A stretch of 64,000 nt of DNA, taken from assembly GCA_028534125.1 (NCBI GenBank), contig CM052817.1, forward strand, positions 6,078,001 to 6,142,000. Direction: 5' to 3'. The notes under the pieces were generated by a model that was not told the origin of the DNA, searched no databases, and saw nothing but the letters and a program-made list of their open reading frames with translations. Numbering within the stretch: position 1 is the first letter of the stretch; each line of letters begins with the position of its first letter. This stretch comes from Lama glama. Taxonomy: Eukaryota. A program made the translations under genes and the position numbers. This document shows, piece by piece, positions 12,175-24,910 of the stretch.

Positions 12175-15100
12175 CACCTCAAGACTTCTGCTTTTGGGAA
12201 GATGGAGCAGATGTACTTTGACCTATTCTTTCCACTAAGTGGAACTAAACACCCTAGATATTACATTAAGAAACACATAAGAAAATTCTGAAACATGGTG
12301 GGGAAGATGACAAACTGGCCAGGGACCTCTACATCCAAAGAGAAACAAGATAATGTGTTCCCTGAGTTTGCTTTCTGCTTCATATATCTCAAACTTGGAG
12401 CTGAAGAAGCCAACTACTCAGAAATGCCAACAGGAACACATAAAAAGTAATAGTAGTGACAGAAAAAAAAAAACTTTAGCAAAAGCCTACCCTCTCTACC
12501 CTGAGGATTAAGAAAAGGGTATACTAGCAAGACAGAAAAAACTTCTAGAACATACTACTTTATTGCAGCCAAACACCGTAGAAAAATCTGGCCCACCAAC
12601 ACCAGCTAAGGCTGAGTGAAGAGCCTAGACTTCCACCCTCCCAGGTGCCCCGATCCCTCTGCTGGAGTGGTGTCAGAGGAAGCCAAGTAGGAAGCTGGAA
12701 TTTTCACCCCTGCCAGGCAGTAATGAGACTCTCTCCATCACAGTGCCTATGGAGACCATGTGGAGCAACTGGGCTTCCAACCTGATTGGGCAGTAATGTG
12801 TTATTCCCCCTACACACACGCTGGGGTGGAGTCACAGGAGAACTGATGGGGAGTCATAATGAGACACTTCAACCCCCCAAACAAGGAGGTCTGAGTGAGC
12901 CCTGGTGGGGAGGAGGTCTCCCCTCCTTCCAGCAATAACAAGGGGCACCCCTCCTTGGGTACCACGAGTCCACAGGGGGTATCTCACCTTCTATCTCCAC
13001 ACTACCCCTGGGATTAAGGATGCATCACCTTCCCTTCTCTTCTCAGAGTGGTGTCAGAGGAGGCCAGTTACAACATAAGTTTGAAATAAGATCTAGAGTC
13101 TTAATACCAAAAATATAAAGTTTTAATTAAAAATCACTTATTATGCCAAGAGTCAGAATGCTCTGGTTCATGAGAAAAAGACAGTCAGTAGTTGCCAACA
13201 GCCAGATGAACAAACATATTAAAATCATTTGACAAAGATTTTAAAGAGCCATCACAAAAATGCTTCAATGAGTAATTAAGAACATGATGGAAACACATTT
13301 TAAAAAATGAGAATCTAAGCAAAGAAATGCAAAGTCTTAGCAAAGAAATAGAAGACATAAAGAAGAACCAAGTAAAAAAGTAAAAACACAATAACAGTAA
13401 TAAAAAAAACTGAATGGAAGGGCTCAGTAGCAGAATGGAAGGGAAGGACGAAAGAATCAGTGAACCAGAAGTAGAGCAGTGAAATTACCCGATCTGAAAA
13501 ACATGGACCAAAAATAGACGAACATCCCTGCACCGCCCCCTCCCCAATCCCTCAAAGGGAGCCTCAGAGGCCTGTGGGTGTAACAGAAGATCCAACAATT
13601 GTGTTATGGGAGTCCCAGAAAAAGAGACGAAAAAGGGTAGGGTTGAAAAAATGTCAAAGAAATGATTACTGACAACTTCCCAATTTTATAAAAGCCATAA
13701 ATCTATATATTCAAGAAGCTGAATAAATTCCAAACAGGACAAACCAAAGAAATCCACACCAAGACTCATCAGTGTCAAACTTCTGAAAACTAAAGGCAAC
13801 TAAAATATCCTGAAAGTAGCAAGAGAGAAATTACATATTACCTTACTTCAGGAATGAAGGGGAGATCAATACAATTTTAGATGAAGAAAAACTGAGAGAA
13901 TTTGTCACCAGCATACCTACCCTGAATGTGGCTAAAGGAAGCTCTCTAAACTGAAAGGAAATGCTAAAAGAAGAAAATTTGGAACATCAGAAGAGCAAAA
14001 GAACACAGTAAGCTTATGGATAAGCAGCATGTACTTTCCTCCTGCTCTAAATCAATTATATTTGATTGCTGAAGCAAAAATTATAACACTGTGTGGTTTC
14101 AAATACATGTGCAGAAAGTATGTAAGACAATTAAAATAGGAAGGGTAGAGGGTTGTAAAGAAAGGTAAGATTTTGACATTTTACTTGAATTGGTAAAAGG
14201 ACAAATCCAATAAACTATCAGTTTTGTATGTGTAACATTAATAACTAAAGCAATCGTTTAAAAAGCTATTCAACGTAGATACTCAAATATACTATAGATA
14301 AATCAAAATGTAATTCTAAAAAATGTTCAAAAACCCACAGGAAGATAGGAAAAAGAAGACAGAAATGCAAACAGAAAGAACAAATAGAAGGCAAAAATAA
14401 AGTGACAGCTTTAAATCCTAACATATAAATAATTCATTAAATGTAAATAGTCAGATTTACATATAATCTGGACAGATATTGGCAGAGTGGATTAAAAAAC
14501 ATGGCTTAACTATGTGCTGTCTAAAAGAAACTCATTTCAAATATAATGAGTAAAATGATGGATAAAGATGGTAATCTTTTAATCCTAATTAATTTGCAAT
14601 GTTAATCAAAGGAAGGAGAGCATTATATGATTAAAAAAAAATCCTGCCCACCAAGAAGACATAGCAATTCTATCTATGTATGCACCAAGAAAACAGAGCT
14701 GAAAAATATGTGAACCAGAAATTGAAAAAATTGAAAGGAGAAATAGGCAAATCCTCAGTTATACTTGGAAACTTCAATACTCCTCTCTCAACAATGAATA
14801 GAACAACCAGACAGAAAACCATCAGGGATATGGAAGAGCCTGACAGCACCATCAATTAAGAAGATCTAATTAGCAATTTATAAAACGCCCAACAATCACA
14901 GAATACACATTCTTTTAAAGTGCCATGAAATATGTATCAAAATAGACCATATCCTGCCATGAAACAAACCAAAACAAATTTAAAGTGATTTAAATCATAA
15001 CGTATGAAATCTCTGACCAATGTGGAATTAACTGGAAATGGCCAACAAAGACAACAGGAAAATCTCCAAATTCTTGAAAGCTAAATAACACACTTCTAAA

Positions 15101-16968
15101 TAATTCATGGGTCAAAGAGGAGATCTGAAGGTAGATAAAAGAATACATTGAGCTGAATGAAAATAACAGTAAAATATATAGACATTTGTAGGGCATGGCT
15201 AAAAAAAAATGCCAAGAGGAAAATTTACAGCACTAACTGCATATATTATAAATAAAGAAAAATCTCAGATCAATAATCTAAGTTCCTGCATTAAGAAACA
15301 AACAAACAAACAAACTCAAAAGAACAAAATGAACCCAAAGGAAGCAGAAGAAAGAGAATAATAAGAGCAGAAATCAATGAAATTAAAACCAAAAAACATT
15401 AGAGAAAATGAATAAAATAAGGATCTGTTTCTTTTAAAAGATCAGTAAAATTTATAAACTTCTAGAAAGACTAACAAACAAACAAACAAAAAAACAGAGA
15501 GAGAGAAGATACAAATTATCAGTATTGGGAAGGAGAGAGAGAATGCACTACAGACTCTGAAGATGTAAAAGGGTAATAAAAGAATATTATTTGACACGTG
15601 GATTTGACAACCAAGATAAAATAGATCAATTTCTCAAAAAATCCAAAATACCACTACTCACACAGTATGAAATAGATCATTTGAATTGCCCTATAACTTG
15701 TAAGGAAATTTAATTTGTAATTATTCCAAAAAAGAGAAATCTCTAGGCCCAGATGGTTCCTCTGAACCCCATCATACATTAAAGACCAATTAACATCAAT
15801 TCCACACAATCTCTTCCAAAAACAGAAGAGGAAGAAAAACTTTCTAATTCATTTTATGAAGCTAGTATGACCTTGATACTAAAACTAGACAAAGACAGTA
15901 CAAAACAAAACAAAACAAAATCTACAGACAAATATCCCTTGTGAATATAAATGCAAAAATCCTCAATAAAATATTAGCAAATGGAATTCAGCAATATCTA
16001 AAGTGAATTGTATGTCATGACAAATTGGAGTTTACTTTGTCTTGGGGTTGCAATGCTGGTTCAATATTTAAAAATCAACCACACAATCCCTATATTAACA
16101 GGCTAAAGAAAAAAATCACATGATCCTATCAGTTGATGCAGAAAAGGCATTTGACAAAATTCAACACTTCTACTGTATGAAATCCCTCTGAAAAATAGGA
16201 ATAGAGGGGTAAATCCCAACTTGATAAAGAGAACCTACAAAAACCCACAGCTAACATCATATTTGACAGTTAAAGAATGAATGTTTTCTCCTCAGAATCA
16301 GGAACAGAGCAGGGATATCTGCTTTCACTACTCTTATTCAACATTGTGCTGGAATTTCTAGCCAGTTCAGAAGGCAAGAAAAGGAAATGAAAGTCATCCA
16401 GATGAGAGAGGAAAAAATAAAACTGTCCCCATGTGTAGATGATAAGATGTTTATACAGAAAATCTGAAGAATCTACCAAAAAAACTCGTAGAAATAAGAA
16501 GTAACTTCAACAGGATCTCAGCATAAAAGATAAACATTAAAAAAATTAATTGTATGTAATATATGAGCAATGACACATAGACAACAAAATTAAAATACCC
16601 TTTACAATCACTATGAAAAATAAAAGAAAGCTTAGGCGTAAATTTAAGAAAGCATGTACAGAATTTGTATGTTAAAAAACCACAAATGTTTACTAAAAAA
16701 AAGACAATTAAATAGATACATACTTTGTTCATGGATTGGAAAACTCAAAGAGGTGAAGACCTCAGTTCTCTTCAACTTGATAGCTGGGTGTAACACAATT
16801 ACTATCAAGATCTCAACAATATTTTTTTGTATTTATAGGTAAGATTATCCTCAGATTTGTAGGAGAAGACAAAGGAATTAGAGTAGCCAAAATAATTTTT
16901 GAGAGAAAAAAATGTAGGAATCAGTTAATCCAATTACAAGATTTACATAGCTACAATAATGAAGACAT
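12175..16968 (+). mobile_element. Ancient LINE-1 (L1M type, L1MC/L1MD-like) with 5'UTR, decayed ORF1 and ORF2 EN+RT; 3' end absent
   Basis: A-rich + strand. ORF1-like text at about 13250-13950. EN motif AEWIKKHGLTMCCLKETHF at 14482 and GNFNTPLS (GDFN) at 14768. RT motifs ISLVNINAKILNKILA at about 15930, [11 protein letters not shown] at 16135 and CVDD (degenerate FADD) at 16432. Many stops and frameshifts. Confidence 0.92.
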
Positions 16969-17774
16969 TTATATGCTCATACATGCATTTGTTTATAACC
17001 ATTTTTATTCCCTTGTTCATCTCACCTTTCATTCAAACAGTAATTATTGAGACCAACTCTATATGAGACATGGTACTAATCACCAGGGAAGTGGAAGAAT
17101 GGGTATGACATGACCTCTGAATTCAGGGAGCTCACAGTAATTTTTTTACATATGTCATCAACCAAGTTCACTACCAACTCAACCAACCACCCAGCCAATC
17201 AAACAATCATCCATCCAATGAACCAACATTAATAAGTGCCCACTCTATCTAGAAGGCCTGCCCTATGGCTTGGCATAAAAATATGAATATATATGTCACT
17301 AATTTTATAACTGCTTATTGACTACATAAGAAGCGTTTTTTTTTTTTTTAGCTGAGTGCCAAATTATTAGCCTCTGACAGCCTGGGAAATAAGATAAGGG
17401 AGACATAGAGTGAGAAACGTGAGTAATTCACCAATTCTGTGTCAAAGAATGAATAAAATCGTCCATTTATCAGGATAGATTTTGCTTATCCCTGGTAAAA
17501 AACCCAAGCTCCTAAACAGGGTTCACTAGGATCTCACAACGTGGCTCTAATCTTCCTTTTGCCCCAATTCCTGCTAGTTCAGCTGGGCTCCTTGTGTTTC
17601 CCATTTTCTCTGCATGTGTTTCCTCCACAGGAGTGTTCTTTTCCCACGTGTAAACCCGAAGCCCCACTGTCCTGCAGCTTTTGGTGACTTTCTGGTTACT
17701 CCACAAAGGGAGAGTGAATGGCAGTGCCTCTCTGTTCCAGCAGCACTAAAGTATGTGTGTTGTTAAAGTTCTAA

Positions 17775-18040
17775 TCATGTGCCAGGAGACTGTATTAGGA
17801 GGCTCAGGGGTCAAATGGTTAGAGATTATGGAGATTGAATTCCACTTTTCCCATTTACTGATTGTTTTAACTCAGGGAAGCTTGTTAACCTCTCAGACTC
17901 TCTTTCTCCTTATGACTTTATGGATGCAAATATGAATATATCTCAGGACTGATAAGAGGTTAAGAGAAATAACACATAGAAAATATTCAGAAAATTGCCT
18001 GGAACGTGTGCAGGGCTAGGAAATGCTAGTTCTTATTGTA
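17775..18040 (+). mobile_element. MIR SINE fossil
   Basis: 'cagggaagcttgttaacctctcagactctctttctcc...aggactgataagaggttaagagaaataacaca'. Confidence 0.6.
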
Positions 18041-18599
18041 TTATGGGAAGTCTCTGTTGCATTTCTGTACACTTCCTTTTTCGCTCGAGGCAGGGGCTGT
18101 TTCTTGTTCATTTCAGTATTCCCAGTGTTTGGACTCTTGCACAGCAATAATAGTGTTACAAAAAATAATCATGTCTGCAATTCAGTATATTACTTACTGG
18201 TACATAGTAGATAATAAACGTTTGCTGAAACAGCTTGTTTGGAAATTCTTAAATTGCAGGACTTCTTGTCTCTCTTCCAGTTGTATCACATTAATCTATC
18301 TTCTCTGAAATTCTAGTCTTCTCTGGAGAGGTCTGAGGATACCCCAGGGGCCAGGGAGGGAGGGAGGGGGAGAGGGAGAGAGGAGGGAAGGCGGTGTGGT
18401 TTTGGTTATTCTTGCGTGTGGATGGATACACAGGTTTTCCCAGAAATTACAGAGTAGGATACTTTCTGAGATGTTTCAGACAAGAATACGTGACGTTGAG
18501 GGGTACTCTCAGAATAATCACTTGTTATTAGGAAGAACACTGTGTAAAGGTTTACATACATGTGAGTTTATCATGTAGGTCATGTAGGTCATCTAGATA

Positions 18600-19050
18600 T
18601 CACTTTCTTGCTTACTTTGCTCCATCCACACTGGCCTCTTGGCTTCTCCCTAAACACGCCAACCATGGTCCCATCTTCAACATTTGCACCTGCTATTCCA
18701 TCTGCCCAGGATTCTCTTCTGCTGCATATCTACATGGATAGCTCCCTTACTTCATCCTTCAAGTCTTTGCTCGAATGTCACCTTTGGGAGAGGCCCATCC
18801 TGCCAGCCTACTTAATGCTACATCATGTGCTCTCCAGCTTCAGAATTCCATTCTTCCTCTTCCTTCTCTACCTTTCTTTGTTCTTATAGCTCAAATCACC
18901 TTCTGTATAAGCCTCACTTGGTTATTATATCCATAGTTTATTTTCTTTTTCTCCCATTAGAACATAAACATTACTACAACAGGGAACTTTATCTGTTTTT
19001 TTCACTGTTGTATACTGTTTAGTGATATCAGTGGAATAAAAGAATAAATC
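18600..19050 (+). mobile_element. L2 LINE 3' fossil
   Basis: 'ccacactggcctcttggcttctccctaaacac...catttgcacctgctattccatctgccc...tcacctttgggagaggcc' is typical of L2. Confidence 0.7.
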
Positions 19051-20059
19051 AGATGTGGAGGAAATAGCCCCAGTGAGGAAGAGACGGGTTTTCTTCGAGA
19101 CCCTCCCAGGCGGAAGCAGATGCAGCCCAGGGCTCAAGGTACCCATTCTTTCTTCCCTAAGCCCTCAGCTCCTTTGTGGGAAGGGAGCCTCCCCTTTTCT
19201 TGGTGACCTATCAGACCTCATGCCCAGAACCCATGCTTTCCCTTAGAGGAGGCTTCATCATGGGGATAAGAGAAAGACCATTCAAATGTAATTGTTTGAA
19301 AATGAAAAATTCTGAGACGTAGAAGGATGCTGGTGGGAGAACAGATGCATATTATTTCCAAGGCCAGGGACTGCTGGAGCCTGGGGAAGAGGGTGGAGAT
19401 GAAGACACATATGAAGACAGGACACTTGCAGAGAAAGGGGTTAAGGGGAGAGGCACGTGTGTGGAATCTAGGGGAGAGGTGGAAGTGACAGGGCACAAGT
19501 GGGTGTATCCTTGGCTGTCTGTCTATTGAGCTCATAGCCTATTTCCCTTGTGAATTAGAAGAGCCAAGACAACTAGACAGGAGCATGACTCTCCTCCAAT
19601 TCCTATACACTTTGGACATGGCAAACGGATCCTTTTGGTGAAGAACTGCTTAAGCCAGAGGAGACTAATTGTCGTCCATGGGATGAAGGAGTTTTAATTG
19701 TAACTAACACCTTCACCCTGGCACATGATCTCCACTTTGCCAGAATATCCACCTCTGTGGCTTTAAACCAGGTGAGGGACTCACACGTCTATGTCACTAT
19801 TTGGTATGTGAACCAACTTGCCTGGGAACCTAAGCTTTACTGGGTGCAGTGCGACTTCAAGGTCAAAGTGAGTGGATGTCTGAAATGAGAAGGAGATGTC
19901 GTCCCATCCCTAGTCTCTGACTTGGCAGCACCTTCAAAGACACCTGTTCCTGCTCCTTGGTAATGAGAAGTGATGCCCTCCATCCAGATGGCTCCCAGCT
20001 GTAGACACAGAAAGCTCTACCCTCACTTCCCCATGACCCCCACTCCCCAGCTAAAGAGA

Positions 20060-20372
20060 AACTGGGTGGCTTAGAACAATAGAAATGTATTCTCCCACAG
20101 TGATGGAGACCAGAAGCCTGAGGTCAAGGGGTTGGCAGGGTTGGTTCCTTCTGAGGAATGAAAGAGAAGGCCTCTCTCCTAGCTTCTGGAGGGTTGCAGG
20201 CAATCCTTGGCTTCTGCGTTATCATCCCATGTGTGCGCACTCTACCCCAATACGATCTCCTCCTAACTCATTGCATCCACAGCAACCATATTTCCAAATA
20301 AGATCATATTCTGGGATACTGTTGGTTAGAAATTCAACATGTGAATCGGAGGGGGTGCACGATTTTACCCAT
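20060..20372 (-). mobile_element. MaLR LTR (MLT1B/C-like), internally deleted
   Basis: 'actgggtggcttagaacaatagaaatgtattctcccacagt...tcaaggggttggcagggttggttccttctgagg...tttccaaataagatcatattctg'. Confidence 0.7.
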
Positions 20373-21239
20373 ATATGGTGTAACTAAGATTTCTTAAGTA
20401 AAATCATCAAAGATTAGACACCAGCAACTCCTTCAACCTCCTCATTTTATGCAGGAGAAAGTCAATGCCCAGAGTGAGATAAAGATCAGAGTGAGGTGGA
20501 GGAGTAGAAAGGAATTGCCCACGTCAGAATTTTAGCTCCACCTCTTACAAACCATGAGACCTAGAATCACCTATTGGGATTTTTACGCTTCCCCACTTGG
20601 CTATAACAATGCTCTCCTGGCATTACCTGGCCTGGTAGATAAAGATCAAACGGGACCCTTGCCATGAAGGTGCTTGACCAACTTTAACAGACACAGAAGA
20701 GGAAAAGGTAACTTCTTTAAGGTCACAAGCAATAGGTGTCTATGAGCAGCACGTCAGGTCTGGAGCTCTCCCCTTAGACAGCACGGTCCCAGCCACCCCC
20801 ATCTGTGAAAGCCAAGGCAGAGGTCTGAGGCTGGCACGAGCACGAGGGGGAGTATCTCACAGAGATTCATTCTCAGCCAATTAAAAAAGCTGGAATTTGA
20901 CTGGGCTGTGGAGAGCTCATCAGTATTGGGTGCCTTTGCTCTTTTAACTGATAAAATTCTCAGTGTGACTGCTTATCTGCCAGCTTAAGGCTGTGGGGCC
21001 CAGGGAAGTCGAAATAAGCACACTTCATGGCTTGACAGTTGTGGAAAATTCTGTGGTGGAACTGAAAACCGCTGTAAGAGCGTCTTGTAAATGATCATCA
21101 GGGTGGAGTCAGATCAGGGTTTTCATCAAGACTCTTCACTCACTTGCTATGTTAATGGCGGGGCCGGTGGGGTGAGTTTCATTAACTTCCTGATTCATAG
21201 TCCCTTCTCTGTTAAGTGGGGTAAAGCTATTTAGGGACA

Positions 21240-21510
21240 GTCGGTGGGAATACAGCTGGGCTCAGCCATTCTGGAGCGTGATCAGGCAGTACTCATTAAA
21301 GTAAAGCACGCATGCAGCCTATGAGCCAGCAATGCCACTCCTGGGGATGGGCCTGGGGAAGGTCACACCCCGGCACAAGGATGACGCCGACTGCAGCACT
21401 GTTGTGGGCGCAGAGAGTTGGAGACAGTCATCACGAGGGGAATGAATGAGTTAAATACTGAGGATGCAAATAATGAGACACTAGGCAGCAGCTAGAAGAA
21501 GTGAACTTGG
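21240..21510 (+). mobile_element. Old L1 (L1ME-like) ORF2 3' fragment
   Basis: 'cagccattctggag...cctatgagccagcaatgccactcctgggg' corresponds to the degenerate PYDPAIPLLG region. Confidence 0.55.
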
Positions 21511-21511
21511 A

Positions 21512-21670
21512 AAGTGGTTCTCCAACTGTGGTACCAGGACCAGAAGCATAAACATCACCTGGGAATCTATTAGAAATGCAAATGAATGGTCCCACCCCTA
21601 TTCCAATGAGTCCGAAAATCTGAGGGTGACCCCACAAAATTTTAGCAAGTCCTCTAAGAGGTTATGAAGT
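21512..21670. mobile_element. MER5A hAT-Charlie MITE
   Basis: 'agtggttctccaactgtggtaccaggaccagaagcataaacatcacctgggaatctattagaaatgcaaat'. Confidence 0.75.
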
Positions 21671-22044
21671 AGAGGTACAGACAGATACTAAAACGCAGTC
21701 TTAGGTCATAGAGTAAGAAAGGGAATAAGGTTTACTGTTCAATGGAATTTATTTAAATTAAAAGTATGCATGTGCACAAAAATATTTGATGAGCGTGACC
21801 CTCATTCTGATGAGTTTCCTCCACATGAGAAGCGAGATGTGAGAAGGAATGAGGGATAAAAGGAAGGAAAGAAGGAAGCTTTGATCCTTGTCTAAATGAA
21901 TGCTGATAACGTACTAAGATCTGGGGAGTGGGCTTCACTCAGTATCTGCACCTGAGATTCTACACAAGCAAATAGACAAAATGGGAAAGCTGACCAGCAA
22001 TGAGCACAGCACTGCTAAGGTCCTTCCCCTGTGTTGCGTTAGAC

Positions 22045-22184
22045 GTGGTTCTCAGTCTAGATGCTCCTGGCATCTGGCAAGTTGGGGTGAGGCTGCTGCT
22101 AAACGTCCCAAAATGCACAGGAGAGCCCGCACAGCAGAGTTAACCAGCCTTCGATGTCAATAGTGATGACGTTGAGAAACCCTG
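22045..22184. mobile_element. MER20 hAT-Charlie MITE (internally deleted)
   Basis: 'gtggttctca...ctggcatct...gctgctaaacgtcccaaaatgcacagga...tgtcaatagtgatgacgttgagaaaccctg'. Confidence 0.75.
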
Positions 22185-22329
22185 AACCATCTCTGGCACA
22201 AAACCTCTCTTTTGTCTCCTCCAAACCAGTATTTGTCAAATCGTATTTAGAAGAATGCGTATATGCCATGGGTTTTGAATTAGGTCTTGTGTTGAGGGGA
22301 AGAAACATCAGTGGAGCAATATTTTATCT

Positions 22330-22334
<5 letters not shown>

Positions 22335-22360
<26 letters not shown>
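22335..22360. repeat. (TG)13 microsatellite
   Basis: Directly visible. Confidence 0.95.
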
Positions 22361-23660
22361 ATGTAAATACATTTGTACAGTTGGCCTTAGTATTGAGAAA
22401 TAACCTGGCTTAATGCCTAAAGCAAGATGTCTAGACAGGCACTTTTGCCAACCAACTGCTGCAGATTTATCATCTGCTCAGTGGTCCTTGTTCTATGATG
22501 TAGCCTCTCTCGTAATTTCAGTGTATATATGTGATATTGTCCCCTATTTATTGCATGCTAAATATATCCAAGTTTGATCACTTTAGAAAGCAAATAATTG
22601 TTCTGTGGAGACATTTTTTTGACACAAATCTCAACTCATATGCATGTTACATATTATGATGGCTGTTAGTATTGCATACTCAGATTTTTGGATCATTGCT
22701 AAGTGAGAATGATTTATCACTCTTCTGAATTTGTCTAACTGTCCCATTTGGCACTTTGTAACTTGGGACACAGGGGTCTCTGTAGCTTTTAGATGATGTA
22801 AGCATTTTGAGGTCACATCTGAATTTTATTTTCCTGGTTTGCTTTTCATGTTCTTTAAACCTTGAATTATAAGAACAGTGCTAAAGCTTTTGAAAAAAAG
22901 TTGATTTAAATATAATTACCTGCCTCCTCTGCCCACTTCCCTCCATGATAGCTGCTTGACCATGTTTCATTCAATGTTTAACAGCTGGTTCTTGCAAGTA
23001 GGAAAGATTAGATAAACAATTTGTGAAAGCTGCATGTTGGAAATTTGGCAGAGGAATACTTTTTACATGCAGTCTCAGCCAATACATAAATATATATATA
23101 TATATATATTTACTACCATTAGCTTTTGAAAAAGAAATGGATTTGAAATATAGACACTTAATAATGTAACTCAAGCCTCTAAGTTTATCTGAGTACACCA
23201 CAGGATGCTGATCAGAACAAGTTGAAGAACAGAAACCAACAGATACAGCCAGTGGATGTACTGGCAGCGGCTGTGTGACCCTAATCATGCACCTCGCTGT
23301 GAGTATTTCTGGGCACCCAGCTCCTAAGTGAGAGCTTACACACCCACCATCTATAGCCATCCTTTTTCTAGCAGGAGCTCATCACTGCACCACAGAACTC
23401 ACACTGCAGACTCTCCTTCTGCACGTGGTGTTCCTGCAGATTATTTTGTTTTCGTTTTTTTTTTTTTTTTTGCTAAGTAATACCACCATCCCCTTAGGTA
23501 TTATACCCAGAAATCTGAGTCATTTGAGACGCCTCTGTTTTACTCACCCTAAATCTATTAACAAGTCCCATTGAGGATCCCATCTCCAAAATATATCTTA
23601 AACTATGTCTTAAACCCTGTCCAACCATCTTTTCTTGTTCCTCATTAAATTCAGCCTCCA

Positions 23661-24379
23661 GACAGTATGGAGGTTCCTAAAAAACTAAAAATAGACTTAC
23701 TATATGATCCAGCAATCCCACTCCTGGGCATATATCCAGAGAAAACAATAATTCAAAAAGACACATGCATCCCAATACTCATTGTGGCACTAGTTACAAT
23801 AGCCAAAACATGGAAGCAACTTAAAGGTCCATTGACAGATGACTGGATAAAGAAGATGTGGAATATATATACAATGGAATATTACTCAGCCATAAAAAAA
23901 GAATGAATTAATGTCATTTGGTGCGATGGATGGACCTAGAGATTATCATATTAAGTGAAATAAATTAGACAGAGAAAGATATCACTTATATGTGTAATCT
24001 AAAGAAAAATGATACAAATTCTATTTATAACAAACCAAAACCAGACTCACAGACATAGAAACAAACTATGGTTACCAAAGGGGAAAGGGCAGGGAAGGTA
24101 TAAATTAGGAGTTTGTGGTTAACAGATTCACATGACTATATATAAAATAGATGAACAACAAGGGCCTACTGTACAGCAAAAGGGATTATACTCAGTTTCT
24201 TATAGTAACATATAGTGGAAAAGAATCTAAAAAGAAAGAAAAAGAAAATATATGTATATATATGTATACTTAAAACTGAATTGCTTTGCTGTACACCTGA
24301 AACTAACGTTGTAAATCAGCTACACGTCAATCAAAAATAAAATAAAGAAAAAGAATTAAAATAAAAAAGAGAAAAAAAA
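23661..24379 (+). mobile_element. 5'-truncated LINE-1 (ORF2 C-terminus + 3'UTR + A-rich tail)
   Basis: ORF 23667..23906 encodes LYDPAIPLLGIYP...WIKKMWNIYTMEYYSAIKK, the L1 ORF2p C-terminus. It is followed by 3'UTR and an A-tail. Confidence 0.92.
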
Positions 24380-24443
24380 GTTCATCGTCGGTTAATTCTT
24401 GTTGGATGAGTATAAAAGCCTTGAACTGAAGTGATGCATTTTT

Positions 24444-24910
24444 TAATTTGTAATTTTATTTATTTTTAAATTAAGGTATACAGTTATATGTTACAGGTGT
24501 ACAGTATAGTGATTCATAATTGTTCAAGGTTATACTCCACTTGTAGTTATTATAAAATATTGGTTGTATTCTCTGGGTTGTACAATATGTCCTTGTTGTT
24601 TATTTTATACATAATAGTTTGTTCCTCTTAATCCCTTACCCCTGTATTGCCCCTACCCCCTTCCCTCTCCCCACTGGTAACACTAGTTTGTCCTCTACAT
24701 CTATCAGTTTATTTCTTTTTTGTTATATCTGCTAGTTTGTTATTTTTTTTTTAGATTCCATATGTAAGTGATATCATACACTATTTGTCTTTCTCTGTCT
24801 GACTTATTTCACTTAGCATCATGCCCTCCAAATCCATCCATGTTGCTGCAAATAGCAAAACTTCATTCTTTTTTATTGCTGAGTAGTATTCCATTGTATA
24901 GATATACCAC
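24444..24910 (-). mobile_element. 5'-truncated LINE-1 3' end with TSD
   Basis: Antisense L1 3' text. TSD ACTGAAGTGATGCATTTTT (24425-24443) / ACTGAAGTGATACATTTTT (24911-24929). Confidence 0.9.

Noticed and set aside
23667..23906. 79-aa ORF with real protein similarity
   Set aside because: It is the C-terminus of L1 ORF2p in a truncated copy, not a host gene.
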